Part shown: positions 12,035 through 24,599 of the stretch, piece by piece
Numbering within the stretch: position 1 is the first letter of the stretch
Layout of the letters: every line of letters starts with the position of its first letter
Source of the DNA: Macrostomum lignano
Taxonomy: Eukaryota
Assembly (NCBI GenBank): GCA_002269645.1
Contig: NIVC01000412.1
Span: 248,001-312,000, forward strand
Length of the DNA: 64,000 bases
Direction: 5' to 3'
Position numbers and translations under genes: made by a program
Notes under the pieces: generated by a model
The model's input: only the letters and a program-made list of their open reading frames with translations
The model's database searches: none
What the model was told of the DNA's origin: nothing

Positions 12035-12895
12035 ACGGGGCCACGCTGGTTTCCTCGGCAACGAGCGGGCTGACCTGCTGGCCAAGGCTGGCTCCGCCGG
12101 CGCGCTGCTGGGGCCGGGCCCGGGGCCCCATCCCCGCCTCGGTGATCAACTCCCGCGTTAAGCGCTGGGCTGATTCCGAGCATCTCTGCAGGTGGAACGA
12201 CACCCAGAATTGCAGGCAATCCCGTGCTGCCGTCCCTTGTCCCCCCCCCCCTCCTGCTTAGAGCCCTCCTCAGGCTCAACGGCAGAGACCTCAGAGCAGC
12301 TAGCATGGCCCTTTTCGGGCATGGCTGCTTCTCTCATCATCGCTTCCTTCAGGGCCAGGTACCTGAGGAGCGGTGCTGTTGTGGCCGCTGGCCAAATGAA
12401 TGAAATCAATTCACTTAAGGCGAAGGAGAGGAGAGGAGAGGTGGCTCTCAGCTACAGTGAGCTAGCCAATATAGGATGATAGGAGCGCGTAGATGTACAT
12501 CGGTGCGCGTAACATTACATAATAGCATTGAGCATGCACATTCACAACAGGTGCCCCTTCTGCCGCTCAGGCAGTGAAAACGCCGAGCACTTTATCTGCC
12601 ACTGCCCGGTTTTCTCCAGAGCCAGGCTCACTCACCTCGGGCCAAACCCGGTTCTCTCCGACGTTTGCAGGCCCGAGAGCATCCCGCCGCTCGCCCGGTA
12701 CCTCAGGGACACGGGACGAGCTGAGTTCTTCCCCACCGTTGGTGAGGAGGACCGCACTGCAGGCGAGACCGACGGGTCCCCCTGAGCGACATCGCTTCGA
12801 CGGAAGTCATTGGTCGCCTGGGGCTAGCGGAATGGGCGGTCTCCTCCGCCTCCTCGCTGCATCCGCCGGACGCCCCCTGCAGCTAAGTTAGTTAA
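12035..12895 (+). mobile_element. 5'-truncated I-group LINE 3' end (RNase H plus CCHC zinc finger)
   Basis: RNase H motif GHAGFLGNERADLLAKAG; C-x2-C-x8-H-x4-C knuckle CPFCRSGSENAEHFICHC; stop at 12785; short 3'UTR ending GCTAAGTTAGTTAAG. Confidence 0.88.
12377..12549. mobile_element. 173-bp solo-LTR-like insertion with 5-bp TSD
   Basis: Begins TGTTGTG, ends CACAACA; GGTGC at 12372-12376 and 12550-12554. Excision restores EERCPFC in the LINE ORF. Confidence 0.85.
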
Positions 12896-13176
12896 GATGA
12901 TAGCATATCATAATTTATCTGGTAACGCCAGATCAAACATCCAACACGCGGATTGATAAACCATTAAAGAACGGCTGGCTGCGAGCTGCATCGCTACTGC
13001 ATGGACAGTGCATGGAGACACCAGCTGCCTGTTGCAGCAGTTCATATCGTAGTTTCTTTCTCACACTTGCTTCTTTTCAGTTTCGCCTGATTGTCTGTGT
13101 GCCGAAATGTCTGACTGCCCAGTCTGTTTTCTCATACATTTACATGCATATGCATGTGTTTGCCTGCTCACGAGAC

Positions 13177-13334
13177 AGACAGAAAAACAGACAGACAGAC
13201 AGACACAGACACAGACAGAAATACAGACAGACAGACAGCAGACATACAGACAGACAGCAGACATAGAGACAGACAGACAGACAAACAGATAGACAGACAG
13301 ACAGACAGACAGACAGTCAGACAGACAGACAGGC

Positions 13335-13369
<35 letters not shown>

Positions 13370-13439
13370 AGACAGACAGACAGACAGTCAGACAGACAGA
13401 CAAACAGGCAGCAGACAGACAGACAGACAGGAGACAGTC

Positions 13440-13483
<44 letters not shown>

Positions 13484-13620
13484 CGACAGACAGACAGACA
13501 GACAGACAGACAGAAGACAGACAGACAGACAGTCAGACAGACAGACAAACAGGCAGCAGACAGACAGACAGACAGGAGACAGACAGACAGACAGACAGAC
13601 AGACAGGCAGACAGACACTA

Positions 13621-13665
<45 letters not shown>

Positions 13666-13728
13666 CACAGACAGGCAGACAGACAGACAGACAATCAGAC
13701 AGACAGACAGACAGACAGACAGACACTA

Positions 13729-13797
<69 letters not shown>

Positions 13798-14040
13798 CAC
13801 AGACAGGCAGACAGACAGACAGACAGACAGACAGACACTAAGACAGACAGACAGACAGGCAGACAGACAGACAGACAGACACACAGACAGGCAGACAGAC
13901 AGACAGACAATCAGACAGACAGACAGACAGACACTAAGACAGACAGACAGACAGACAGACAGACACACAGACAGACAGACACACAGACAGGCAGACAGAC
14001 AGACAGACAGACAATCAGACAGACAGACAGACAGACACTA

Positions 14041-14093
<53 letters not shown>

Positions 14094-14113
14094 GGCAGAC
14101 AGACAGACAGACG
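13177..14113. repeat. (GACA)n microsatellite, imperfect
   Basis: Direct reading; source of the TDRQ and SVCL spurious ORFs. Confidence 0.97.
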
Positions 14114-14578
14114 GCACTGTAAGCAAGCAGATGCAGCCAGTGAGAAAAGGCAGCACCAAACAGTGCAGCCAATCGCACACAGAGGCCAAATGCGATCCAA
14201 AATTAGCAATGCAGCGAGGCCGCCCACTCTGACGCGCCCCACCACCCCACGCCATGGAAGAGAATCAGCGAAAGCAGAGTTACAACTAAAATGCCAGACA
14301 GAAGTCGAAAACAGCAGCACCCAGGCAGGATTTTCACTCATCTGCATCAGTCGCTTTGCAAATTGGGAGTTTATGAAGGCGAGAACTGTTTTGCATGTTG
14401 TCATGACAACGTGGATAAACTCTGACAGAAGGAATGAAATTTTCGAGCTATTTTAAGATTGTTTAAATCAAATGGAGTTGCTGAGCTGCCGCGTTACAAA
14501 ACGAAAGATTTTTAACTACAATACTAAATGCGTGATTTTAAAAATAGTAAGCTTTTCTGTCAAAATGAATGTTGCTAG

Positions 14579-14941
14579 TGAGTTCACAAGTTCACGAGTT
14601 CACGAGTTCACAAGTTCACGAGTTCACAAGTTCACGAGTTCACAAGTTCACGAGTTCACAAGTTTACGAGTTCACAAGTTCACGAGTTCACAAGTTCACA
14701 AGTTCACGAGTTCACAAGTTCACGAGTTCACAAGTTCACAAGTTCACGAGTTAACAAGTTCACGAGTTCACAAGTTCACAAGTTCACGAGTTCACAAGTT
14801 CACGAGTTCACAAGTTCACGAGTTCACAAGTTCACAAGTTCACAAGTTCACGAGTTCACGAGTTCACAAGTTCACGAGTTCACAAGTTCACAAGTTCACA
14901 AGTTCACAAGTTCACGAGTTCACGAGTTCACAAGTTCACGA
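14579..14941. repeat. 8-bp tandem repeat AGTTCAC(A/G)
   Basis: Direct reading. Confidence 0.96.
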
Positions 14942-15972
14942 AATGAAACGTCACCATTGAATCACAGACAGCAAGAAGGTCAGTGTTAACAATGATTATA
15001 CTTATTCACCGTAAATCGATTAAGAAATTCACTCTTTTAAGAGTTGACTAGCTTGATACTTACTACTGGTATATTGATTATAGTATTTTTATTGCACTTT
15101 AATTATTGACAATTGGAACGATAATACACAGGTCCATTGTAGACAACATTAATCGATAATAATTTACAAAAAAATAATTGAATACTTCGTTAGAATAGAA
15201 AATTTCACTTCGTCTTTTTTACATTTAAACAAAAAAAGCGTTCAATATACTCTTGCATTTCTACTTACAGTAACAGTATGACGCAGTGCGAGAAAAAAAG
15301 CATGCAAGCGGTAAAACAAGAAGCGCTCAGCTGCAAACATTGAACTGCGAAGACCAGAGATAGGAGGCAAAAAATACTGCAGAATAAATTTACGCATTGA
15401 CTCGGCGACATTTTGCATTGCGAAAATCAATCAGCAAGCCGACAAGCAGTGGAGCAGCAAAGCCAAGCTCAAGGCAGGAGCATTTTTAGGTAAATTGTTG
15501 CAATAAGCAAGGCAGACTAGTGTAAGTAGCGATATTGGTGCAAGCAATGATTTTTTTACACTGTTAAAAGTGGTGGGTTGGTTGGGTTTCAGTGTTAGAA
15601 AACTCTGAAAACAAAATCACTAGCTAGTCTGACCTATTCTTATTCCAAAGAAACCGGATCGGAGTTGCAGTGGAAAGAGAGACAGAATCGAAGATCCAGT
15701 AAAATAAACAGTATGAAATGTGAAGCAACTGCAGCAGTAGTCAGATCCCTGCAAAAATCCCTTCCCAAAGACACAGTGGGGGTCGCATTCGACAGTTGGG
15801 AATGCAGCGCGCAGTGTCATCCCAGCGCATCCCTGCGTGCCGGCTTCCGCAGAGATTGACCCCATCGCCATTCTCCCCATCAGGGCGACCCTGCAACTGA
15901 GAGGGTAGTTGGCAAGCGGGGCAGAGGGAATTTAGAAACGACATCTGGGACAGAAAAAACTGGAAAATGTGA

Positions 15973-16216
<244 letters not shown>

Positions 16217-16977
16217 AAAGACAGACACACACATACGGGTTCAGACACTACAATAGGAATACTATTAAGTATTATTAACTGTAAAAAACTATATTAATAG
16301 TTATTAACTTTAACTATTAACTATACTATTACTAATAACGTTAATATGCAGTCAGCAGATTAATAACACGACAGCGCAAGGCTCGGCAATAAAAGACCAG
16401 AGGAATCAATTATAAAATTTAAACAACAAAAAGACCAAAAAGTTCAGCTGTATGTAAAATGAAGCTCAGGTAAAGAGTATCAACACTCATTAAAAGTGCA
16501 TTGGTTAATCAAGAATGAAGTTGAAGGTAAAATTTTCAAAAATTGGATTTACAAGCTTCGCTAACAGCATTCAAGCCGTTTATCAGGCATGTGACTAGAT
16601 AGGCTAAAAAAAAAACACATTATTTAAAAGCGCGACAAAATATAGAAAAGCAATAAATCATAACTTAATCCATCAAATTTATAGGCTGTAGTCAATGGAA
16701 TTGTGAACGTCAGGTTAGATTAGCTTTTTGAGTAGTAACCGCGATTCATCAGTCTGAGTCTGAGTCGGCGAACTCAATGTCCGACAGGGAGTCTGGGCTG
16801 AAATTGAAATTGGGATTATTGGTACAGACATGATTATTATTTATTTATTATGATTGATGGGTCGAGCTCATCTATTAAATTGTGATTGATCTGCAGAAAC
16901 ATAATATGCCTGATTTAATCAACATTAGGACTAATTAGAGGTGACTGTTTTGTTTAATTGCATGCTTATGACAACCA

Positions 16978-17833
16978 ATTTTGGCGCCTCATCATATCTG
17001 GTTTTGGCGCCTCATCACAACTGATTTTGGCGCCTCATCACAACTGATTTTGGCGACTCATCACAACTGATTTTGGCGACTCATCACAACTGGTTTTGGC
17101 GCCTCATGACAACTGATTTTGGCGCCTCATCAAATCTGCTTTTGGCGCCTCATCATATCTGGTTTTGGCGCCTTATCACAACTGCTTTTGGCCCCTTATC
17201 ATATCTGGTTTTGGCGCCTCATCACAACTGATTTTGGCGCATCATCACAACTGATTTTGGCGACTCATCACAACTGATTTTGGCGCCTTATCACATCTGG
17301 TTTTGGCGCCTCATCACAACTAATTTTGGCGCCTCATCACAACTGATTTTGGCGCCTTTTTAAATTTAGTTTTGGCACCTTTTTTCGATTTTGGCACCTC
17401 GTACGTCTGACTTTGGCGCTTTAAAATGTCTGATTTTGGCGCTTTAAAATGTCTGATTTTGGCGCTTTAAAATGTCCGATTTTGGCGCTTTAAAATGTCT
17501 GATTTTGGCGCTTTAAAATGTCTGATTTTGGCGCTTTAAAATGTCCGATTTTGGCGCTTTAAAATGTCCGATTTTGGCGCTTTAAAATGTCTGATTTTGG
17601 CGCTTTAAAATGTCCGATTTTGGCGCTTTAAAATGTCCGATTTTGGCGCTTTAAAATGTCCGATTTTGGCGCTTTAAAATGTCCGATTTTGGCGCTTTAA
17701 AATGTCTGATTTTGGCGCTTTAAAATGTCTGGTTTTGGCGCTTTAAAATGTCCGATTTTGGCGCTTTAAAATGTCCGATTTTGGCGCTTTAAAATGTCCG
17801 ATTTTGGCGCTTTAAAATGTCCGATTTTGGCGC
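16978..17833. repeat. Two adjacent 23-bp minisatellites (TTTTGGCGCCTCATCACAACTGA; TTTTGGCGCTTTAAAATGTCCGA)
   Basis: 23-bp periodicity read directly; switch of unit near 17360-17410. Confidence 0.95.
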
Positions 17834-18689
17834 TTTTTTTATCCAACATGCCGCATATTTACCAATACATTACTCTCAGCACCTTCCATATACTAAAATT
17901 GCGAGCTAAAAGCTCCAATATTGAATTTCTCGGCTCCCTGTACTCCCTCATCATCAGATCATGAGTAAAGTATAACTGCGCAAAATCACTAATTGCATTA
18001 ATATATTGATGCCTAAGCCTCAATGCATTATTCAGTAAGTCATATGCAGACAACCGGGACTTACTAATCTCAGTGTACTTTTTAGTGACAATGACAGACA
18101 CAGTTTAAAGCAGAATATTAGCACTTTTTGCAGATTTTCAAATAATACCAGCTTTTCAAAAGCTTTGAAATTCTAAGTCGAAATTCAAAAAACTGTCTAT
18201 TACCTTTTCTGTTTGAAATATCAATAGTTTGTTCGAAGTCTTTCCATGCTATGTCATAGTGGGTGTGCCTGTCATGACACATCAACCTTTAGTCTCGGCA
18301 ACCTCAATAATAATTTTTGGGATTCCTGGTATTTCAAGACTTCTAACAATTGTCAAATTTGAGTAATGTGTAAACATAGGAGTCCTCAGACCTGCCTGCA
18401 ACTTCTGCAGGTCAGTCTACTTTCAGTTCAGTAGTAAGTTAAACAGAAGCGTTTTAATTGTACTCGGTATTTTTAAAGCCAAGGCTCATTTATTGGCTCT
18501 TACCCCCAGCTTAGATCCTCCAACCGCGCCTTTCCACACTACCCCCCGCCCGACCCAAATTTTATTGTTTTTCTCGGATTTCCAGCCTAAAGCTGACATG
18601 TACATTTCAGTGGCTAATGTACATAATTACTGCTCAACCAATTAGGGGGTCGGGTTGGGCGCGGCGGGTACCAAAAACCATGAGGCAAT

Positions 18690-19216
18690 TGAGTGCCTGC
18701 GGCGCCAAAATGAGTGCCTGCGGCGCTTAAATGAGTGCCTTCGGCGCTAAAATGAGTGCCTGCTGCGGCGCTAAAATGAGTGCCTGCGACGCTAAAATGA
18801 GTGCCTGCGACGCTAAAATGAGTGCCTGCAACGCTAAAATGAGTGCCTGCAACGCTAAAATGAGTGCCTGCGACGCTAAAATGAGTGCCTGCAACGCTAA
18901 AATGAGTGCCTGCGACGCTAAAATGAGTGCCTGCGGCGCCAAAATGAGTGCCTGCGGCGCCAAAAGGAGTGCCTGCGGCGCCAAAATGAGTGCCTGCGGC
19001 GCCAAAAGGAGTGCCTGCGGCGCCAAAAGGAGTGCCTGCGGCGCCAAAATGAGTGCCTGCGGCGCCAAAATGAGTGCCTGCGGCGCTAAAATGAGTGCCT
19101 GCGGCGCCAAAATGAGTGCCCGCAGCGCCAAAATGAGTGCCTGCGGCGCCAAAATGAGTGCCTGCGGCGCCAAAATGAGTGCCTGCGGCGCTAAAATGAG
19201 TGCCTGCGGCGCCAAA
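18690..19216. repeat. 21-bp minisatellite GGCGCCAAAATGAGTGCCTGC
   Basis: Direct reading; yields the AKMSACG and LILAPQA spurious ORFs. Confidence 0.96.
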
Positions 19217-20139
19217 AGTGACAATGGCATAGCAAATTCCTGGCTACGCCACTGCTGTGGTGTAGAATATTTTTGTAGCGTTAAGTCAGCCTTTGCAAAA
19301 ATTTTCCTAGAAACGAAGTCTATAAGCTAAATATATCTCAGAAATAAATTCTATTTCATCAGTCTGGCCAAACTTCCGAATTCACTTCATGCCAAATATG
19401 AGCTGTATACTATCATAGGCGATTCTAAGCCACTGAAAAGTACATGTAAAAATTCCCAAAGTCAATACCTTTATTGAGATTCCACCAGACAGATATGGGG
19501 CAGAATGCCTCAAATATATATATGCACAATTCATTCGGGGAAAAGGAAGCACTTCTTTCGCCATATAAGGCCTACAGATCCGGAATCTGGGCATGGAATT
19601 AATCTGCATGGCAACCAGTGAAATGAGGAAAATGTGGGAGATTAAAAAAAACCCCTAAGATCTGGAACCCCTCTGGAACCAACTCTATTTGATCGATGCC
19701 TTTCAGTTTCAGCATGGAAGGAAAAAAGCAAAAAAAGAGCCAAGAATTTCTGCAGCACTCAAACCGACCGGTGCTTCGAAGGCTGCACGCTTTTATCTTT
19801 AATGAAGTTCTCCGAAATTAGATTTTGACTCGCTGAGGCTGCAAGCTGATGGGGGGCGGGCTTTTCCATTGTGCCTCCCGCTCTGGATGTACTAATTTTC
19901 TCAGCAGCATCCTCAGAAGCATCCTCAGCTCCACTGTTTTCTCCATCTCTCTGATTCCTTATCTAATCTATTCCTATCATCAGCGCATACTGAGTCTGTA
20001 CGTACAATACTTGAGGCGTAGCATTATACTACATGTATGTACGAGCTAATAATCATGTTAAAGCGTGTCATGCAGGATAAGTGAATAATGTCTAATGCAA
20101 TTTTTTTAATTGCGGTAGTAAAAGCATAGAAACTAGGCA

Positions 20140-20432
20140 ATAACAGCATAGCAACTGGGTAGCAACCTCAGAAACTAGGGAGAAACCGCATAGCAACTGG
20201 GTAGCAACTTTAGATACTAGGTAGAAACCGCATAGCAACTGGGTAGCAACCGATCAGATACGAGGTAGAAACCGCATAGCAACTGGGTAGCAACCTTAAA
20301 AACTAAACAGAAGCCGCAAAGCCGCTGGGTAGCAACCGCATAGCAACTAGGTAACAACAGCATCTAGCAACCGAGTAGCATTACTCTACCACCGAGAAAC
20401 TGGGTAGCAACCACATACCAACCAGCAGCAAC
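20140..20432. repeat. Degenerate tandem repeat of about 40 bp with core GCATAGCAACTGGGTAGCAACC
   Basis: Repeated core directly next to the last recognised PP2C-like exon. Confidence 0.8.
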
Positions 20433-20443
20433 CATCCTCGTAC

Positions 20444-23400
20444 TTACGCGAAAGAGCAGCTGTTGACTCGCTTCACTCCGACTTGAGCGACAACCGAGGC
20501 GCCAAGCCGACGATCTCCGCCGCCACCGGCACCGCTGCAGGCGCTGCCACCGCAGCCGGAGTCGCTGGTAGGCGAGGCGGCGCTGTCCGAGAAAGCGCCA
20601 CTGCCGACGCCACCAATAAGCCTGAACGCGGCGGTGTCCTCGTACACCTCGAACTGGTCGCCGCGATAGACTCCGACTTCGTAGGCGGCTAGGCAGGCGT
20701 GGTCCAGCTTGCCCGGCAACCGGTTGAGCTGATCCGCCAGCCCCGTGGCTCGGCGAAGGCAGCCGCGAGGCGGAATTCGACGCCTGCCACTGCTGCCAGT
20801 CTTTGTTGCTCCTGAGGAGGAGTCCGCACCCGCTGATGTCTTGTTCGTGGCTTCAACGCTACCATCGTCGCGGAAATGCAACTCGGGCGATTCTAGGAGA
20901 TCTCGCTTAGACTGGGAATAAATGATTTTCATGCGTGCTTTATCAGTTTTCTACTAAGATTTCAAGAGCCGGTGTTTGCAGAAAATGGTCGGTTAATGTT
21001 CTATAAATAGAAACAATGTACACTGCAAGCAATGCACAAAGCAGGCTTAAGAAAGAACATAATGAAGGTTCTTTAAACAATGTACATTGCAAGCCTTGCA
21101 TAAGGCTCAAGAGAGGTCAAGGCCTTGCATGGGTTTGTGTTCTATAAATAGAAACAATGTACATTGCAATTGCAAGCCTCGCATAAGGCTCAAGAGAGAA
21201 CAGGCCTTGCAGTTTCCTATAAATAGAAACAATGTACATTGCAAGCCTTGCATAAGGCTCAAGAGAGGTCAAGGCCTTGCATGGGTTTGTGTTCTATAAA
21301 TAGAAACAATGTACATTGCAAGCCTTGCATAAGGCTCAAGAGAGAACAGGCCTTGCAGTTTGTGTTCTATAAATAGAAACAATGTACATTGCAAGCCTTG
21401 CATAAGGCTCAAGAGAGGACATCATTGCAAGGGCTTGTGTTCTATAAATAGAAACAATGTACATTGCAAGCCTCGCATAAGGCTCAAGAGAGGACATCAT
21501 TGCAAGGGCTTGTGTTCTATAAATAGACATCATGTCGTGCACACAAGCCCCAAATGAAGGTTGGCCGCGCACGGAATCAAGCCAGTGACTCGTGACGCGA
21601 GAGTCAGGCACGTTTGCCATTCTTTTTGAGCTACTATAGCTGCCACTAGCTTATGAAAATGACCTTGACTCAATAATCACCTGAGTGACGGTCTTCACGC
21701 AGGCTAACAGGCAGTCGCAGAGCTCTCTAGCCGACGGCATCTCCCCGGTGGCCAGTTCGTGTTCCAGCAGGACCCGCTCCATCTGCTTCAAAGCGTATTG
21801 GTGCCGCTCGGCTGGCCGCAGCTCCGGCTTGTCCGTCGGAGTTGATGCACTTGCCGACGCCGCTGAAGACTGATCGGCAATCGGGGAAGGGTCCGGCACG
21901 GCGATGCGCTGCACAACAGGATCAAAATTGTCCGTGACGCCGTCAGTGGCCAGGAACAGCAGGTCGCCGGGGTCGCAGACGGTTAGCGAGCAGGTCAAGT
22001 TGTGCAGCTCCGGTTGGGAGCCTTCGCGCGCCGGTCCCAAAGCGCCGCCGGCGTCGCGCAAGTCGCGCGCCGACCAGACATCGTGCGAGCCGACGGTGAG
22101 TTCGCGAAGTCCGCGCGATTTCGACCACACGTAGGCGAATGTGTCGCCAAGATTTACGCAGCAGACGGCGAACTGGGGCGGCCGGGCCAGCGGCAGGGCG
22201 GCGGCGATGCACAGGGTGGTCAGGCCGCCTTGGGCGCGCAGGATGGCCGAGTGAGCGGCGGTGAAGGACTCGAGCAGGACGCTGAGACTTTTGCGCGTGT
22301 CCGGCAGGGCGTCAGGGAGGGCGGCGTAACTGCCAGAGGGCAGATGGATGATTCAATCAATTCACGCTAGTGCCTACTCACTAATCTACATTCTAGAATT
22401 ATTTAATTCTAACCCTAAATCTGATGTTTTTTAAAAGAACAACTTACGCCATTCACAAACGCGGGTTAAGCATGCACTAAATTAGACAACACTTGAATTT
22501 AAGCATCCTTCACGCCATTCACTAACCCAGTTTAAGAGCATCATTCACGCCTATTCACTAAACGCAACGAAAAATTATTCACGATATTTAAAAACAGAGG
22601 TAAGCATCGTTCACGCCATTAACAAACTCATCAAGCATCATTCACGCCATTCACAAACTTATCAAACAACATTCACGACATTTGCAAACTTAATTACGCA
22701 TCATTCACATCATTGACAAAATTGATCAGGCCTAAGCAATGTTCAGGCGATTCACAAACTAAATCCAGCATCATTCACGCCATTCACAAACTATTCACGC
22801 CATTCAAAAACTAAATGAAGCATCATTCACGTCATTCACCAATTAAATGAAGCATCATTCACGCCATTCACAAACTAAATGAAGCATCATTCACGCCATT
22901 TACAAACTAAATGAAGCATCATTCACGCCATTTACAAACTAAATGAAGCATCATTCACGCCATTCACAAACTAAATGAAGCATCATTCACGCCATTCACA
23001 AACTAAATGAAGCATCATTCACGCCATTCACAAACTAAATGAAGCATCATTCACGCCATTCACAAACTAAATGAAGCATCATTCACGCCATTCACAAACT
23101 AAATGAAGCATCATTCACGCCATTCACAAACTAAATGAAGCATCATTCACGCCATTCACAAACTAAATGAAGCATCATTCACGCCATTTACAAACTAAAT
23201 GAAGCATCATTCACGCCATTCACAAACTAAATGAAGCATCATTCACGGTATTCACAAACTAAATGAAGCATCATTCACGCCATTCACAAACTAAATGAAG
23301 CATCATTCACGCCATTCACAAACTAAATGAAGCATCATTCACGCTATTTACCAACTGAATGAAGCATCATTCACGCCATTCACCAACCTGTTAGCGTGCA

Positions 23401-24531
23401 TCAGACCGGCTCTCACAGCCGCCCTGGCAGCCAGGCGACTTTTCTCGCCCCAGTTCACTCCATCAGCCACGGCCAGGACAGCCGAGTTGCCCCTAGCAAC
23501 CAGTCCAAAGCAGTCTGCAATTGGGTCGCCTGACACCCTCTTGGTGACGGGGCTGGTGTCGTACAAACTGGTGGCCGAGCCGAACGCTTTTCGAGACGTT
23601 TGACGCCAAAATTCTGCATCTGTGGCGATCGAACCCGGGACTTTAGTTGACTGCAGGCCTGAGAGAGGTTTTAAAATAACAAAATGGTCAGTAAATTTTG
23701 ATGCCGTACAAATTCAACAACATCCTCCAGAGTAATCAATTACGAGTAACTTAACAGTCTTAAATCGCCAGTTTTCTAAGGTCAGTTTTGGCGCAAATTT
23801 GGTAGGTTAATTTTGGCGCCATTTGGAAGGTCAATTTTTTCGCCATTTGGGTAGGTCAGCTCTGGCGTCATTTTGGTAAGGTCAGTTTTGGCGCCATTTT
23901 GGTACATCCATTTCGGTGCTACTCTTGTAAGGTCAATTTTGGCGCCATTTTTGATAGGGCAACTTTGGCGCCATTTCGGTAAGTAAATTTTGCGCCAATT
24001 TGGTAAGGTCTTTTTGGCACCTTTTTGGGGGGTCAACTTTAGCGCCATTCAGGTACGTCAGCTTTGGCGACATTTCGGTACATCAATTTCGGTGCTACTC
24101 TTGTAAGGTCAATTTTGGCGCCATTTTGATACATCAACTTTGGCGCCATTTTAGTACATAAATTTTGGTGCTACTTTTGTAAGGTCAGTTTTGGCGCCAT
24201 TATGGTAGGTCAATTTTGGCACCATTTCTATTAGGTAATTTTTGGTGCCATTTTGGTAAGTCAATATGGCAATTTTGGCATGCTGGACATCAATTTAAGC
24301 ACACACTCAAGGCTGTTGCCTCCCTTACATGACAGTGACTCACCATTACCAGCTAATGATGGCTTTCGATCATAGATAGCGAGTGATGCATCAGCCAGCC
24401 CATCATCAGGACCAGTGCAAGCAGCAAAAACACTGGAGTCCAGGGCAGCCAGTGGCAAGGCAGGCACATCCTCAGGTGATGAGCCAAACCATACAGTCTC
24501 TGCAGCTCGCTCTTGACCCCTATAGCTACCA
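20444..24531 (-). CDS. PP2C-like domain protein (Drosophila CG9801 type); 5' exon(s) not located
   Basis: Exons 24531-24344, 23658-23388, 22329-21681, 20911-20444 join in phase. Motifs GDPIADCF, AVLAVADGVNWGEKSRLAA, VNLGDTFAYV, GSHD, GGALGP, LFLATDGVTDNFDP, PGKLDHA. The TAA at 20444-20446 overlaps a perfect GTAAGT donor, so a further 3' exon is possible. Confidence 0.85.
20990..21527. repeat. Intronic tandem repeat of about 70 bp (TTCTATAAATAGAAACAATGTACATTGCAAGCC...)
   Basis: Repeated core with variable spacing in the last recognised PP2C-like intron. Confidence 0.9.
22790..23387. repeat. 32-bp intronic minisatellite AACTAAATGAAGCATCATTCACGCCATTCACA
   Basis: 32-bp periodicity; abuts the donor at 23387; decays leftwards to about 22440. 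Confidence 0.95.
23782..24258. repeat. Degenerate intronic repeat of about 22 bp with TTTTGGCGCCATTT core
   Basis: Direct reading. Confidence 0.88.
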
Positions 24532-24599
24532 CTGGGGATAGGGGGTTGAGAGATAGGAAGCTAGTAGTTAGTCTTTAAAACCTAATTTTCTTCTATTGG

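Larger units (their letters stand above)
16750..19253 (-). mobile_element. Possible decayed hAT-like DNA transposon carrying GGCGCC minisatellites
   Basis: CCTGGCTACGCCACTG at about 19238-19253 reads as a CAGTGGCGTAGCCAGG-type terminus. Weak peptide hints on the minus strand: SRLSAYDLLNNALRLR (about 18010-18060), IMFLQINHNL and an acidic tail (about 16750-16910). Matching left terminus not found. Confidence 0.3.

Noticed and set aside
12810-12895. HDV-like ribozyme suggested by CCTCCTCGCTG and GCTAAG (also 8613-8700)
   Set aside because: P3 and P2 pairings do not close, and the location is a LINE 3' tail rather than a 5' end. An Infernal search would be decisive.
15665-15960. QGDP-containing stretch as an RT fragment
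   Set aside because: Single short motif with no neighbouring RT motifs.
21336-21620. 94-aa minus-strand ORF as an extra PP2C-like exon
   Set aside because: Mostly intronic tandem repeat, and the flanking exons already join in frame (KTVTQ-SKRDLLE).
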